Assembly (NCBI GenBank): GCA_964367745.1
Contig: CAYIYK010000003.1
Location: 10,248-74,247 of the forward strand
DNA: 64,000 bases
Origin: an uncultured Candidatus Saccharibacteria bacterium
GTDB taxonomy: Bacteria > Patescibacteriota > Minisyncoccia > Phycocordibacterales > PALSA-1337
Direction: 5' to 3'
Below are positions 28,538-37,873 of this stretch, piece after piece (the first letter of the stretch is position 1; every line of letters begins with the position of its first letter). The notes beneath the pieces were generated by a model. It was not told where the DNA came from. It did no database searches and saw nothing but the letters and a program-made list of their open reading frames with translations. The position numbers were made by a program, and so were the translations under genes.

Positions 28538-29693
28538 ATTCAACAAAAGTCTTTTGAGTATAAAGAGGTACAGTAGCTATAACCTCTGCAATCTTTTTAC
28601 TTGTACCTTCTGCAAAATATAGACTTGATGATTCGTATCTGCCTTTTTTAACTTGTTTCTCTATTGCTTTCTTTATAGCTTTAATATCATGGTCTACAGT
28701 TACTACATTTTCTGCACTCAATCTTTTGAATTGTCTATTACCAATATTCACCACAGGCAAACCCATAAAAGAAGATTCCTTTATTCCAGCTGATGAATTC
28801 CCTATCAAACATAGACTGTTATTCAATAGCCAAATAAAATCCTTTGGACCCATATATCGCATGAAGCGTATTTTATGTCCTTTAACTTCATCTTTAAAAA
28901 TTCGAAGCTCATGTGATATATCTTCTGCACCGGCATCAGCATTTGGCCAAAACCAAAGTGTTGGAATCTTTAGACTATGTACAGCATCAAGGATTTTCTT
29001 TGTATTTTCATGTACATGCTTCACATCCATAATATCAGGATGATACATAACTATTAGATATCCTTTCTTTAGATCAAAAAGGGCCCCACTTCCTGTTTTC
29101 TTTATATCGAATTTATGTTTATTTTTTGCTAATTTTTGTACAACTTCTATTTCTGGACTACCAAAATTGAAAACGTGAGATTCTCTTTCTCCAAGTCTCA
29201 ATACTCTTTTTCTTGCTGGTTCATTTGTTGTAAAGTGAATATGAGAAAGTTTTGTGATAGCGTGTCTTACACTTTCATCTATTGATCCAGATACATCACC
29301 ACCTTCTATGTGTGCGATAGGTATAGATAAATATGCAGCTGCAATTGTAGCTGATAGAACTTCAAATCTATCACCTCTTACCACAACGACATCAGGTTTA
29401 ATCTGATTAAAAAGTGTAGTGAATTCTATTATTCCTAGTCCTGTTGTTTTTGCTTTTACGATTGTATCATTCCCTTCTAGATTGAAATGTAGTTCGTATA
29501 GCTTGTTATATCCGTCTTCCGTCAAAAGTTTTCTTATATCAGCAAGTTTTGAAGTATAACGAGACAATAAAGCTGTACCTCCAACTATTATATGTAGGTC
29601 AATATCCTTTCTTTTCTTTAGTTCTTCTAGAATAAGAAAGTTACGACTATAGTGTATGAAACTTGTAATAACAAAGCAGACTTTTCTCTTCAT
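28536..29693 (-). CDS. neuC: Hydrolysing UDP-N-acetylglucosamine 2-epimerase (NeuC-type)
   Basis: 385 aa. PDVVVVRGDRFE and IAHIEGGDVSGSIDESVRHAITKLSHIHF match the NeuC / hydrolysing-epimerase pattern. Confidence 0.8.
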   Translation of the reverse strand: MKRKVCFVITSFIHYSRNFLILEELKKRKDIDLHIIVGGTALLSRYTSKLADIRKLLTEDGYNKLYELHFNLEGNDTIVKAKTTGLGIIEFTTLFNQIKPDVVVVRGDRFEVLSATIAAAYLSIPIAHIEGGDVSGSIDESVRHAITKLSHIHFTTNEPARKRVLRLGERESHVFNFGSPEIEVVQKLAKNKHKFDIKKTGSGALFDLKKGYLIVMYHPDIMDVKHVHENTKKILDAVHSLKIPTLWFWPNADAGAEDISHELRIFKDEVKGHKIRFMRYMGPKDFIWLLNNSLCLIGNSSAGIKESSFMGLPVVNIGNRQFKRLSAENVVTVDHDIKAIKKAIEKQVKKGRYESSSLYFAEGTSKKIAEVIATVPLYTQKTFVE

Positions 29694-29696
29694 AGT

Positions 29697-30680
29697 CTAG
29701 CTAATATGCAGTATTTTTCGTAAAAATGCAAATCTATTTGAATACTTTATTATGTATATTATTTTAACCAAGATTGGTGATAGTGATACGCGCGCTTTAA
29801 GATAAATATTCTTCGGAATTTCTATATCTTTTGATAATGTATCCTTCCTTGCAACCAAACGTATATGGTGGGTATTCAATCCATCTTGTTTTTGCTTCTT
29901 TATTTGTTCTTGCTTTTTACCTTCATCAACATCCATATAGACGATTACGAAACCTGCTTTTTTACACATTAAAGAAAGTGTCTCTGGTGTAAACATATAG
30001 ACATGGTCAATCTGCACTCCAGACTGAAGCTTCCCCATTCTTCTAACTTGATGTCTCCAGTTTTTCACTGCAAGGAAAATATGACCACCTGGTTCCAGTG
30101 CTTCATGTGACCAATTTAGGAATTTCATTGGATCTAAAAGATGGTTCAAACTTTGAACACAAAGAATATTTTTTACTTTATTCTTAATATCCATATTCAC
30201 ATCTTCAAAAAGCCCGCGAATAGTCTTTACGCCTTTTGATTCTGCATAACCCGATTCTTCAAGCGAAGGTTCAATACCTAGCAGTTCTAGATTTTTCCTA
30301 GATTCCCTCATACCAAAAAGGATTCCACCAGTACTTGAACCAACGTCGATAGTAAGTCCGTCTTTTACATATTTACCCATATAACTGACTATAGCCTTAC
30401 CGAATCTTCTAGCATTCTCGAAGTTCTTCTCTAGATCAGAATTGTATTCACGATTCTTTATACTAGCTCTATCTTGTCTATAAAAAGACATATAGTATTC
30501 ATCATAATCTTTTGCAGTCATACGTGGGTTAATAAAGACTAGACTGCACTTCTTACACATTACTGTATTTGCTTTGAGATTGTTTACACTTCTTTTAACA
30601 ATTATTTTAAAATCATTTCCACCACAAAGATTACATGCGATGTATTCTAAATTCTTTTTATTATAATCAAATCCTTCCAT
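29697..30680 (-). CDS. Zn-ribbon class I SAM methyltransferase (paralog M1)
   Basis: CNLCGGNDF...CKKCSLVFINPRMT forms a 4-Cys ribbon. The SAM motif is TIDVGSSTGG. QIDHVYMFTPETL is shared with M2. Confidence 0.8.
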   Translation of the reverse strand: MEGFDYNKKNLEYIACNLCGGNDFKIIVKRSVNNLKANTVMCKKCSLVFINPRMTAKDYDEYYMSFYRQDRASIKNREYNSDLEKNFENARRFGKAIVSYMGKYVKDGLTIDVGSSTGGILFGMRESRKNLELLGIEPSLEESGYAESKGVKTIRGLFEDVNMDIKNKVKNILCVQSLNHLLDPMKFLNWSHEALEPGGHIFLAVKNWRHQVRRMGKLQSGVQIDHVYMFTPETLSLMCKKAGFVIVYMDVDEGKKQEQIKKQKQDGLNTHHIRLVARKDTLSKDIEIPKNIYLKARVSLSPILVKIIYIIKYSNRFAFLRKILHIS

Positions 30681-30681
30681 T

Positions 30682-32040
30682 TTATTTAATTAAATTAATT
30701 ATATAATCTGCAATTCTCTTTCCTGATAAACCGTCTGTATAACTTGTCTGTTCTTTTACCAAGATCTCTCTTTCTTTACTCTTTACTGATGGATCATCAA
30801 GATATTTATTTATTGAATCCAATAACTCTTGTTTGCTATTAACTAGATCGATAGCACCGGTCTTTAATGCATTCTTATAATGCCAAGTTCTATAGTATTG
30901 TACAGGAGATTTCAATAATTTTGGAATTATATTTATTTCAAAATTTATATTTATTACAGGTTTATTAAAAATACTTGCATCGATACTAATACTTGAAGCA
31001 TAGCAAACCAAAACAGACATATGATAAAGAGTATCCTGCAAATGTTCTAGATCTGCTTTATTCATATCCCAATCTACACCTCTTTTTGTACCAAAACGTA
31101 TACCAGGCTTATCATATTTTAGATCTGGTCTCTTTGATATTTCTTCTTCATCAACAAAGTCATTTGGTTGGAATCGGACCAATAATTCACATTCGTATTT
31201 CAATTCATTTGAGTGAATAGTTTTTTGCAAAAGGTCGATTATATCCCAATCTGCAGAACTGAACGCTCTCCCCATTGGAGCGTATACTATCAATTTCTTA
31301 TCACTTGATATTTTTATTTTATTAAAAAATTCTTCTCTTAAAATAGGTTTCCTTGTGTAGAAGAAATCGTATTGTGGCAGACCGCTGATAAAAATATCTT
31401 CCGATTTCATTTCATTCAAATCAATCATCTCCTTTTTTACGATATCGTTAAAAACTATAGCTTTATCAGGTAATAATCTTAAAATGCATCTTGATGTAAC
31501 TTTGTCCCAAGAGTTTATATAGCCTATCGTTTTTATTTTTCTTTTTTTTGCTTCTCTTAAAAGATTGATTTCTATTTCTTCAAATAGATGTGCGGTGAAA
31601 ACAAGATCTGGTGAATATTTATCAAAATATTCACTATATGTATTGTCTTTTATTAAAATAAAATCCAAATATCGTACGATTCTTCTTATCACAGGCCAAG
31701 CCAAAATATAGTTCGATACTTTACCAAAATAGTATCCGAAAAATCTTCCTTCATATTCACTTACCATTTTCCTTTTTAAATCTGTTGTTTCAGTTCTAAG
31801 TAAAGTGAATTTCATCTTTGAGAAAAACCCATCAAACATTGGTACAGATTTTTGCTCGACAAATTCAAATACTATTCTTGGATCATTGAATTCATTTTTA
31901 TAATAATCAACTTTTTGTTGTGATTTTGTAAATAGAACAATTTTAATATCTTTATTTAAAAGAAGATTTTCCAAAATCGGTGTTCGTAGAATATTTTTTA
32001 CTTCTACACCCTCAAAGATTGTTACAAATATTGTCTTCAT
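30682..32040 (-). CDS. Uncharacterised GT-B-like transferase (paralog P1)
   Basis: 452 aa. It shares blocks with P2 and P3: IKTIGYINSWDKVTS, LLVRFQPND and FNKPVININF. The overall layout is that of a two-Rossmann-domain GT-B. I did not recognise the family. Confidence 0.6.
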   Translation of the reverse strand: MKTIFVTIFEGVEVKNILRTPILENLLLNKDIKIVLFTKSQQKVDYYKNEFNDPRIVFEFVEQKSVPMFDGFFSKMKFTLLRTETTDLKRKMVSEYEGRFFGYYFGKVSNYILAWPVIRRIVRYLDFILIKDNTYSEYFDKYSPDLVFTAHLFEEIEINLLREAKKRKIKTIGYINSWDKVTSRCILRLLPDKAIVFNDIVKKEMIDLNEMKSEDIFISGLPQYDFFYTRKPILREEFFNKIKISSDKKLIVYAPMGRAFSSADWDIIDLLQKTIHSNELKYECELLVRFQPNDFVDEEEISKRPDLKYDKPGIRFGTKRGVDWDMNKADLEHLQDTLYHMSVLVCYASSISIDASIFNKPVININFEINIIPKLLKSPVQYYRTWHYKNALKTGAIDLVNSKQELLDSINKYLDDPSVKSKEREILVKEQTSYTDGLSGKRIADYIINLIK

Positions 32041-33365
32041 TTATTTATTGATTCTAGTATTGCATTAAAAAGTCTTTCAGTATTTTTGCCATCCAAAAAT
32101 CCAGTTTCCATCTCTGCTAGTTTCTTTCTTTTATCTTTATCCAGACTAGGATTTTTAACGTATTCTTCTACATAGTCTTTAAATTGACGCATAGATTCAG
32201 CCAGCTTCACACCTCCACTCTCTATTACTGGAATAAAATTGTTATAATCATAATATCTTCTTATACTATCAAAATATTCCCTTTTTTCATGTCCGTCAAA
32301 ACCAAAAAGGATTATTGGTTTATCCATATATGCAGAATCCAAAACTAAAGTTGATGGTGAGCTGATAACCAATTCTGACCAGAACAATGTATGAGCAAGA
32401 TGTATATCATCATCTTTATCGATCTCTGTAATTTTTATATTATCAAATTTAGGTTTTGCTCTGTCATACATAACCTTAATATTTGGAAACTTCGGACTAT
32501 TCTCCAATTCTCTAACATAATCTCCAGGTGGAAGTCTGACTAGAAGTTGATAATCATTTGGTAAAGTCTTATCCAAAATATCTACAATATCTCTGTCTAC
32601 AGTATTTTTTCTCAAATATCGATCACCTAGAGGTATAAATAAAGCCAGCTTTTTATTCTGATCACCACCTATTTTTTCTATAAATTCTTTTCTATTTGTA
32701 AATACATTCTTTTTATAATCATCATAGTGTGGAATTCCGACAATAGATATTATTGATTCATTTATTCCTTGAAGATCTTTTGCTTCATCTTTAATGATAT
32801 TGTTCCAAACAAAAAGTCTATTCGGAATCGTTCGAATGATACCTTTTGAAGTAAGATTGTCCCAAGAACGAACCATACCGATAGTCTTTATACCTGAGGA
32901 ATTACCTTCATTTAAAATCGCTATATCGATTTCGCTTTGAATATCGGTAGCGAATACGCAATCAGGTTTATACTGCTCAAATAATTTATCAAATTTTTTA
33001 TTTTTATAACTTACTCTTTCCAAGAATCTTACGAATTTATGCCCGATTTTATTTGATAATAAATAAGTTAAATACATTCCACTCCCTTTCATCTCTGTCT
33101 TCCTTTTTATATAAAGAGTTTTTGTATTTAATGCTGTTAGCGAAAGATACTTTAATAAATTTTCTCTTTTAGCATTTTTAAATTCTATTCCTTCAACAAC
33201 TACCCCATCTCTTTCAAAACTTTCTTTAAAAAAACTCTCTTTATTTTTTGGAGCAATTATTACAACTTTTATTTCATTCTTAACAAAGAGATCCAAAATT
33301 CCAGATGAAAGAATATTTCTTGATATTAGAGGATGGCAACTAGTTATAAAAATTGTCTTTTTCAT
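32037..33365 (-). CDS. Uncharacterised GT-B-like transferase (paralog P2)
   Basis: 442 aa with IKTIGMVRSWDNLTS, LLVRLPPGD and MDKPIILFGF. It overlaps P1 by 4 nt. Confidence 0.6.
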   Translation of the reverse strand: MKKTIFITSCHPLISRNILSSGILDLFVKNEIKVVIIAPKNKESFFKESFERDGVVVEGIEFKNAKRENLLKYLSLTALNTKTLYIKRKTEMKGSGMYLTYLLSNKIGHKFVRFLERVSYKNKKFDKLFEQYKPDCVFATDIQSEIDIAILNEGNSSGIKTIGMVRSWDNLTSKGIIRTIPNRLFVWNNIIKDEAKDLQGINESIISIVGIPHYDDYKKNVFTNRKEFIEKIGGDQNKKLALFIPLGDRYLRKNTVDRDIVDILDKTLPNDYQLLVRLPPGDYVRELENSPKFPNIKVMYDRAKPKFDNIKITEIDKDDDIHLAHTLFWSELVISSPSTLVLDSAYMDKPIILFGFDGHEKREYFDSIRRYYDYNNFIPVIESGGVKLAESMRQFKDYVEEYVKNPSLDKDKRKKLAEMETGFLDGKNTERLFNAILESINK

Positions 33366-34312
33366 TATCTTTTAAGGAATTGCTGTAGACGTACTGTAAG
33401 TAAATATCTTAAATAAATATAATATTTGTTTATTGATAATAAAGTAAAAATATAATTACCCTTACCTATTGTTAAATCCTTGAAGGGGGTTTTATTCAAT
33501 CTTTTAGCCACAATGCGAATATGTACTTTTGGAATTCCCTGCATGACCTTCTTTTTTGTATATTCATTAGCTTCAAAGAAAAGGATTTCGAATCCAGCTG
33601 ATACAATGAAATCTCTCAAAACCTCAGGTGTATACATATAGACATGGTCGATCTTTACACTATTTTCATACTTTCCTGCTTTTTGTAATTGCTGTCGAAA
33701 ATTCATAACTTCAACTACAAGAAGTCCATTATCAAAAAGAGACTCGTGAGCCCATTTGAAAAAATATCTAGGATCCAAATAGTGATTTAAAGCTTGAGTA
33801 CTGACTATAACTGCGAATTTTTCTTTTTTATTATGATCTTCGATTAGAGCATGATAAGTCTTTATTCCTTGAGAATTCGCATAATCTGATTCAATCTTTG
33901 ATGGCTCAAGACCAATTACTTCTCTATTCAAAAATCTTTTCATTCCTTCCAAAACTCCTCCGACACCAGAACCGACTTCCATTATTGAGCCTTTTACTTT
34001 TAGATATGGTGATATAAGCTCACCCAAGAATTTGCCGTGTCCGATGGTTGATTCGAACAATTTCTTACAATCAAAATCTGAACCTGCTTCGCCATTGTTT
34101 ATAGTTTTTTGTCTGTATTCTTCTTCATAATAGAATTTGTAACCAGACTTTGTCATTCTAGGATTTATATAAATAAGCCCGCATTTTTTACAAATAACAG
34201 AATTCAAAGCAAGACCATCAGTGCCTTTTTTTGACAGGATTTTATAATTGTTACTTAAACAGAAACTGCAAGCAATATTCTCCTTTTCAATTGTATTGTA
34301 TGGGAAAGACAT
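33365..34312 (-). CDS. Zn-ribbon class I SAM methyltransferase (paralog M2)
   Basis: I moved the start to ATG 34312 (MSFPYNTIEKENIACSFC), which aligns with the M1 N-terminus. CSFCLSNNY...CKKCGLIYINPRMT, MEVGSGVGG and KIDHVYMYTPEVL are present. Confidence 0.8.
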   Translation of the reverse strand: MSFPYNTIEKENIACSFCLSNNYKILSKKGTDGLALNSVICKKCGLIYINPRMTKSGYKFYYEEEYRQKTINNGEAGSDFDCKKLFESTIGHGKFLGELISPYLKVKGSIMEVGSGVGGVLEGMKRFLNREVIGLEPSKIESDYANSQGIKTYHALIEDHNKKEKFAVIVSTQALNHYLDPRYFFKWAHESLFDNGLLVVEVMNFRQQLQKAGKYENSVKIDHVYMYTPEVLRDFIVSAGFEILFFEANEYTKKKVMQGIPKVHIRIVAKRLNKTPFKDLTIGKGNYIFTLLSINKYYIYLRYLLTVRLQQFLKR

Positions 34313-34383
34313 TTTATGATAAACAAGTATATCACAACAAAATATTGCTTCAATTAAGATTAAATTCTGATATACTGTCTCAA

Positions 34384-35520
34384 ATGGAAATAAAAATCGA
34401 TAAGGTCGCAAATCTAAGTGGCTGGAAATCATATACAGTAGACAATACTAATGATTTTATAACTATAAATGATTGCTTGTGTTGCAAAGGAAAACTAAAA
34501 GTTACAATTCGAAATAAAAATCAAACAGACGATACAAAGATTGATATTGGAACTTGTGTAAATTGTGGTTTTACAACCTATATTAATAAACCAAGTCACA
34601 AATGGATTATCGATTTCTACAATTCAACTTGGAATAAAGAAGAGGGTGAAGAGAATAATTTTGTAAATAAAGATCTACAATCTAGCAAACTAACAATAGC
34701 CCTAGAAAAAATAAATTTCCCAAAGAATGGTTCAATATGTGAAATCGGCACAGGAAGAGGCGGTAACTTTGCTGCGCTTATAAATAATGGTTATAACAAT
34801 CTTATTGGTGTAGAGAATTCAATACACAGAGCTGATACAGTGAGTAAAGCTCTAAATGATGTTCCTATATACACAGGAGGTTTTGAAGAAGAAAAAGTAC
34901 AAAATGCTCTAGCGAAACATGGAAGTTTCGATTTGATATACACTGCTCATGTAATGGAACATATTTATAATCCTGAAGAGACTATTGAACTATGTTCAAA
35001 ACTTCAGAATGAAAATGGTCATTTGATAGTCGCTGTGCCGAACTTCGTAGGTGAACCTAGTATAGGTATTTCTTCTTTCCTTCCCCATTTACATTCTTTT
35101 ACAAAAGAATCGATGATAAGACTTTTGAATAATAAAGGGTATCAAGTTATAGATGATAGTTACACTACAGAGTTTGAATTGTTTCTTATTGCTCAAAAGA
35201 AAAGTAATATTAATAAAAAACTAGATAATAAGACTGATTATATAAAACCTGCTCAAGACAAATTTATTAAAGAATTAAAATTGAATGAAATTCCCCTAAA
35301 TCAGTCTGTATTCTATTTTTTCTCTAAGAAAAATTATTCAGTATCTGGATATAAAATACTAAATAAAATATCAATAATAAAAACAATTCAAGCTATGTTT
35401 TTCAAATTCATTCAAAGAAAAAAAGGTTATAGATCTTTCGTATTTACTTTGATGAATAAAGATAAAAATCAACCAATTGTATTGAATTGGAAGAAATCTA
35501 TTATTCTTTTCTATAAATAA
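34384..35520 (+). CDS. Zn-ribbon class I SAM methyltransferase (paralog M3, divergent)
   Basis: The track start at 34231 is a TTG that overlaps M2. I moved it to ATG 34384 (MEIKIDK). CLCCKGKL...CVNCGFTTYINKP, CEIGTGRGGN and HVMEHIYNPEE are present. Confidence 0.75.
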   Translation: MEIKIDKVANLSGWKSYTVDNTNDFITINDCLCCKGKLKVTIRNKNQTDDTKIDIGTCVNCGFTTYINKPSHKWIIDFYNSTWNKEEGEENNFVNKDLQSSKLTIALEKINFPKNGSICEIGTGRGGNFAALINNGYNNLIGVENSIHRADTVSKALNDVPIYTGGFEEEKVQNALAKHGSFDLIYTAHVMEHIYNPEETIELCSKLQNENGHLIVAVPNFVGEPSIGISSFLPHLHSFTKESMIRLLNNKGYQVIDDSYTTEFELFLIAQKKSNINKKLDNKTDYIKPAQDKFIKELKLNEIPLNQSVFYFFSKKNYSVSGYKILNKISIIKTIQAMFFKFIQRKKGYRSFVFTLMNKDKNQPIVLNWKKSIILFYK

Positions 35521-36471
35521 TTAGAAATTATAGAATTTCGGCTCCTTCTTTATCTTATTTGAAACTGCGATTTTAGCTTCATTAGATAGTCCATTTGTAT
35601 CTAGTGATTTCGGATATTTATATAGTATAGGCCAAACAGATGCTGGAGAAGTGTATACACTTGTATACATGAATCTATTACTTGTCTTTGCATGACCGCC
35701 TCTATGCAAACCGCTTGTATCGCAGAATATTATTGTTCCAGCTTTACCTGTACACACAATTTTGTCTTCATTAGGAATTAAGGAATCCTGGCTTGCACTA
35801 CCTCGTGGTGGCTGTTGTGGTGATATATGTCTCCATTTACCGAAGATATGAGACTTTTTAACATAAATAAAAGGGCCAGCATTGTCATCAACATCATTTA
35901 GATAAAGGAACACTTTTACAAGTTGTTGATCTTCAGGATCTCTGTGCCACTCTTGTGATGCGTAACTTCTCATTCCTTCAGGCATAGGTACGGTCACTTG
36001 GAATCTCCAATCAAAAAACTTCATATACATTTTCATATATGCATTCACTGTTCCGAGAATTTGATTACTCAGACTCATTTTGGTGAGAGGATGTTTTAGA
36101 TCCAATATTCTCTCTCCATTCCAAAGATCGATCAAAAAGAAATTCTTACTTTTCAACTTGTCACCATCCAATAGATTACCTCTAGAGTCGTATCTTTCTT
36201 TAACGTCTTTATCATTCCATCGATTCTGTGCAATCTTCTCCAATTCAGCATATACGTGCTTTGGAAAAAGTTTATCGATATGACTTATTGCAATACCGTC
36301 TCTATTTAGATCTTCGACGATTTTCTTCTGTTCATCTGACAATTTATTTTCACTCTTTTTATAAAGTCTAATACTTGAGATATTTAGTAGAGTCCAGACA
36401 AATCGACTTGCTCTGATGCGATGATAAAAACGTGCGATTATACCTATAACACTTTTTATTATTTTCTTCAT
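35521..36471 (-). CDS. PhyH-like Fe(II)/2-oxoglutarate dioxygenase
   Basis: EWHRDPED ... FLYLNDVDDNAGPF ... GTIIFCDTSGLHRGG match the phytanoyl-CoA-dioxygenase-family pattern (the HxD and distal His). Confidence 0.7.
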   Translation of the reverse strand: MKKIIKSVIGIIARFYHRIRASRFVWTLLNISSIRLYKKSENKLSDEQKKIVEDLNRDGIAISHIDKLFPKHVYAELEKIAQNRWNDKDVKERYDSRGNLLDGDKLKSKNFFLIDLWNGERILDLKHPLTKMSLSNQILGTVNAYMKMYMKFFDWRFQVTVPMPEGMRSYASQEWHRDPEDQQLVKVFLYLNDVDDNAGPFIYVKKSHIFGKWRHISPQQPPRGSASQDSLIPNEDKIVCTGKAGTIIFCDTSGLHRGGHAKTSNRFMYTSVYTSPASVWPILYKYPKSLDTNGLSNEAKIAVSNKIKKEPKFYNF

Positions 36472-36478
36472 AAATAAA

Positions 36479-37828
36479 TTAAATAATTTTTCCTAAAAAA
36501 TCGACATTTCTCTTATAAGACAAACCGTCTCTAAAGAAAATAAAATCATTGAATACTTTCTCTTGTTGCTTCTTTTTTACATCGTGATTTTTCAAACAAA
36601 TATTAACATGTTCAACGATATTATCGAAACTCTTTGAGAGAAAAACTGCATCAGCATCTACTATAGGTTTATAGTGACGGAAATTGTATGCTCTATGATA
36701 CTTTTCTGGATAATCTATATTTACAACTGGTTTTCCGAAGATAAAAGATTCAAGGGTCATTGTTGAAACGTAGTTTATAACTACATCAGAATATTTTAGA
36801 GTTAATTTTAGATTCAAAATATCATCTTCATGTATTTCAATTCTTGTACCCATTTCTTGTGAAAGTAACTTGCCTGGATATTCAACATGGAGATTTGGAA
36901 TTTTACTATCAATATATACTTTGAACTTATCAAACTCTTCTTTTGGATGCATTCGCACTAGAATATTGGGTTTACCATCGAATTTGCCTTGATCACGAGC
37001 TTTCAATAGTTCACCAAGAAGAATATCTTCATCAGGGTAATTCCCCTTTGTAACTGTAGTTATAAGTATTGTTTTTTCTTTTGGATTCAATCCTTTACTC
37101 AAAAGGAACGCTTCTCTAGACTGTTCACTTGGATTGTTTACAGAATAAGAGTCGAAACGCATTGTACCTGAGACAAATACATTATCTTCTGAATATCCAT
37201 ATTCTTTAACTGCGGTATTTTTTATTATTTTATTCCAAACGATTAGATAATCTGGTCTTCTAAAATGCATTCCTCCATTGTGAAGATTGTCCCAACTGAA
37301 GTTTACTGCAGCAGTCTTTATACCAAACTTCTTAGCATATATTATTGCTTCAGCATCAGGATGACTGAAGCCAGGAGTTGCTGTTAGAAACATAACTGGG
37401 TTGTATTCTTTAATCTTTTCTTCAAGAGCCTTTGATCTTGGTATAAAAATTTTCTCAAGTTTAGTAAATAAATCATTTGTCCAAAAAGATGCAGGGGCAA
37501 TGTAAGAAAAATACTTCAAAAATCTTCTTCTCCAATCCTTCATCCCCTTTTCTTTATTTCTTACAACCACTGGTTCAAAATCGTATTTACGGATTATTGA
37601 ATATCTAAAATATTTACCAAATAGATTCCAAAATCCTGGATTTTGTAATTTCCAAGGAACATAAGTCACATTTTCTGATTTAAAATATGGTTTATTATCT
37701 TCACAAAAAGCTTGTGGGGACATAAATACGACTACTTTGTATTTTGTTGATAAATACTTTATATAATCTGTACGCAAAAAATCTGATGAGTAAACAAAGT
37801 TCGAAATAAAAAGAAATATTGTTTTCAT
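36479..37828 (-). CDS. Uncharacterised GT-B-like transferase (paralog P3)
   Basis: I moved the start to ATG 37828 (MKTIFLFISNF), which matches the P1 and P2 N-termini. IKTAAVNFSWDNLHN, ILVRMHPKE and FGKPVVNIDY are present. Confidence 0.6.
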   Translation of the reverse strand: MKTIFLFISNFVYSSDFLRTDYIKYLSTKYKVVVFMSPQAFCEDNKPYFKSENVTYVPWKLQNPGFWNLFGKYFRYSIIRKYDFEPVVVRNKEKGMKDWRRRFLKYFSYIAPASFWTNDLFTKLEKIFIPRSKALEEKIKEYNPVMFLTATPGFSHPDAEAIIYAKKFGIKTAAVNFSWDNLHNGGMHFRRPDYLIVWNKIIKNTAVKEYGYSEDNVFVSGTMRFDSYSVNNPSEQSREAFLLSKGLNPKEKTILITTVTKGNYPDEDILLGELLKARDQGKFDGKPNILVRMHPKEEFDKFKVYIDSKIPNLHVEYPGKLLSQEMGTRIEIHEDDILNLKLTLKYSDVVINYVSTMTLESFIFGKPVVNIDYPEKYHRAYNFRHYKPIVDADAVFLSKSFDNIVEHVNICLKNHDVKKKQQEKVFNDFIFFRDGLSYKRNVDFLGKII

Positions 37829-37873
37829 AGAAAGGTATTGTAGCATATATGTTATAATCCTTATTATTACCAC

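Noticed and set aside
34231-34432. A 200-nt head-to-head overlap of the two ORFs 33365..34432(-) and 34231..35520(+)
   Set aside because: The + ORF starts at a TTG. The extra 40 N-terminal residues of the - ORF have no counterpart in its paralog M1. Internal ATGs at 34312 and 34384 remove the overlap and align the paralogs.
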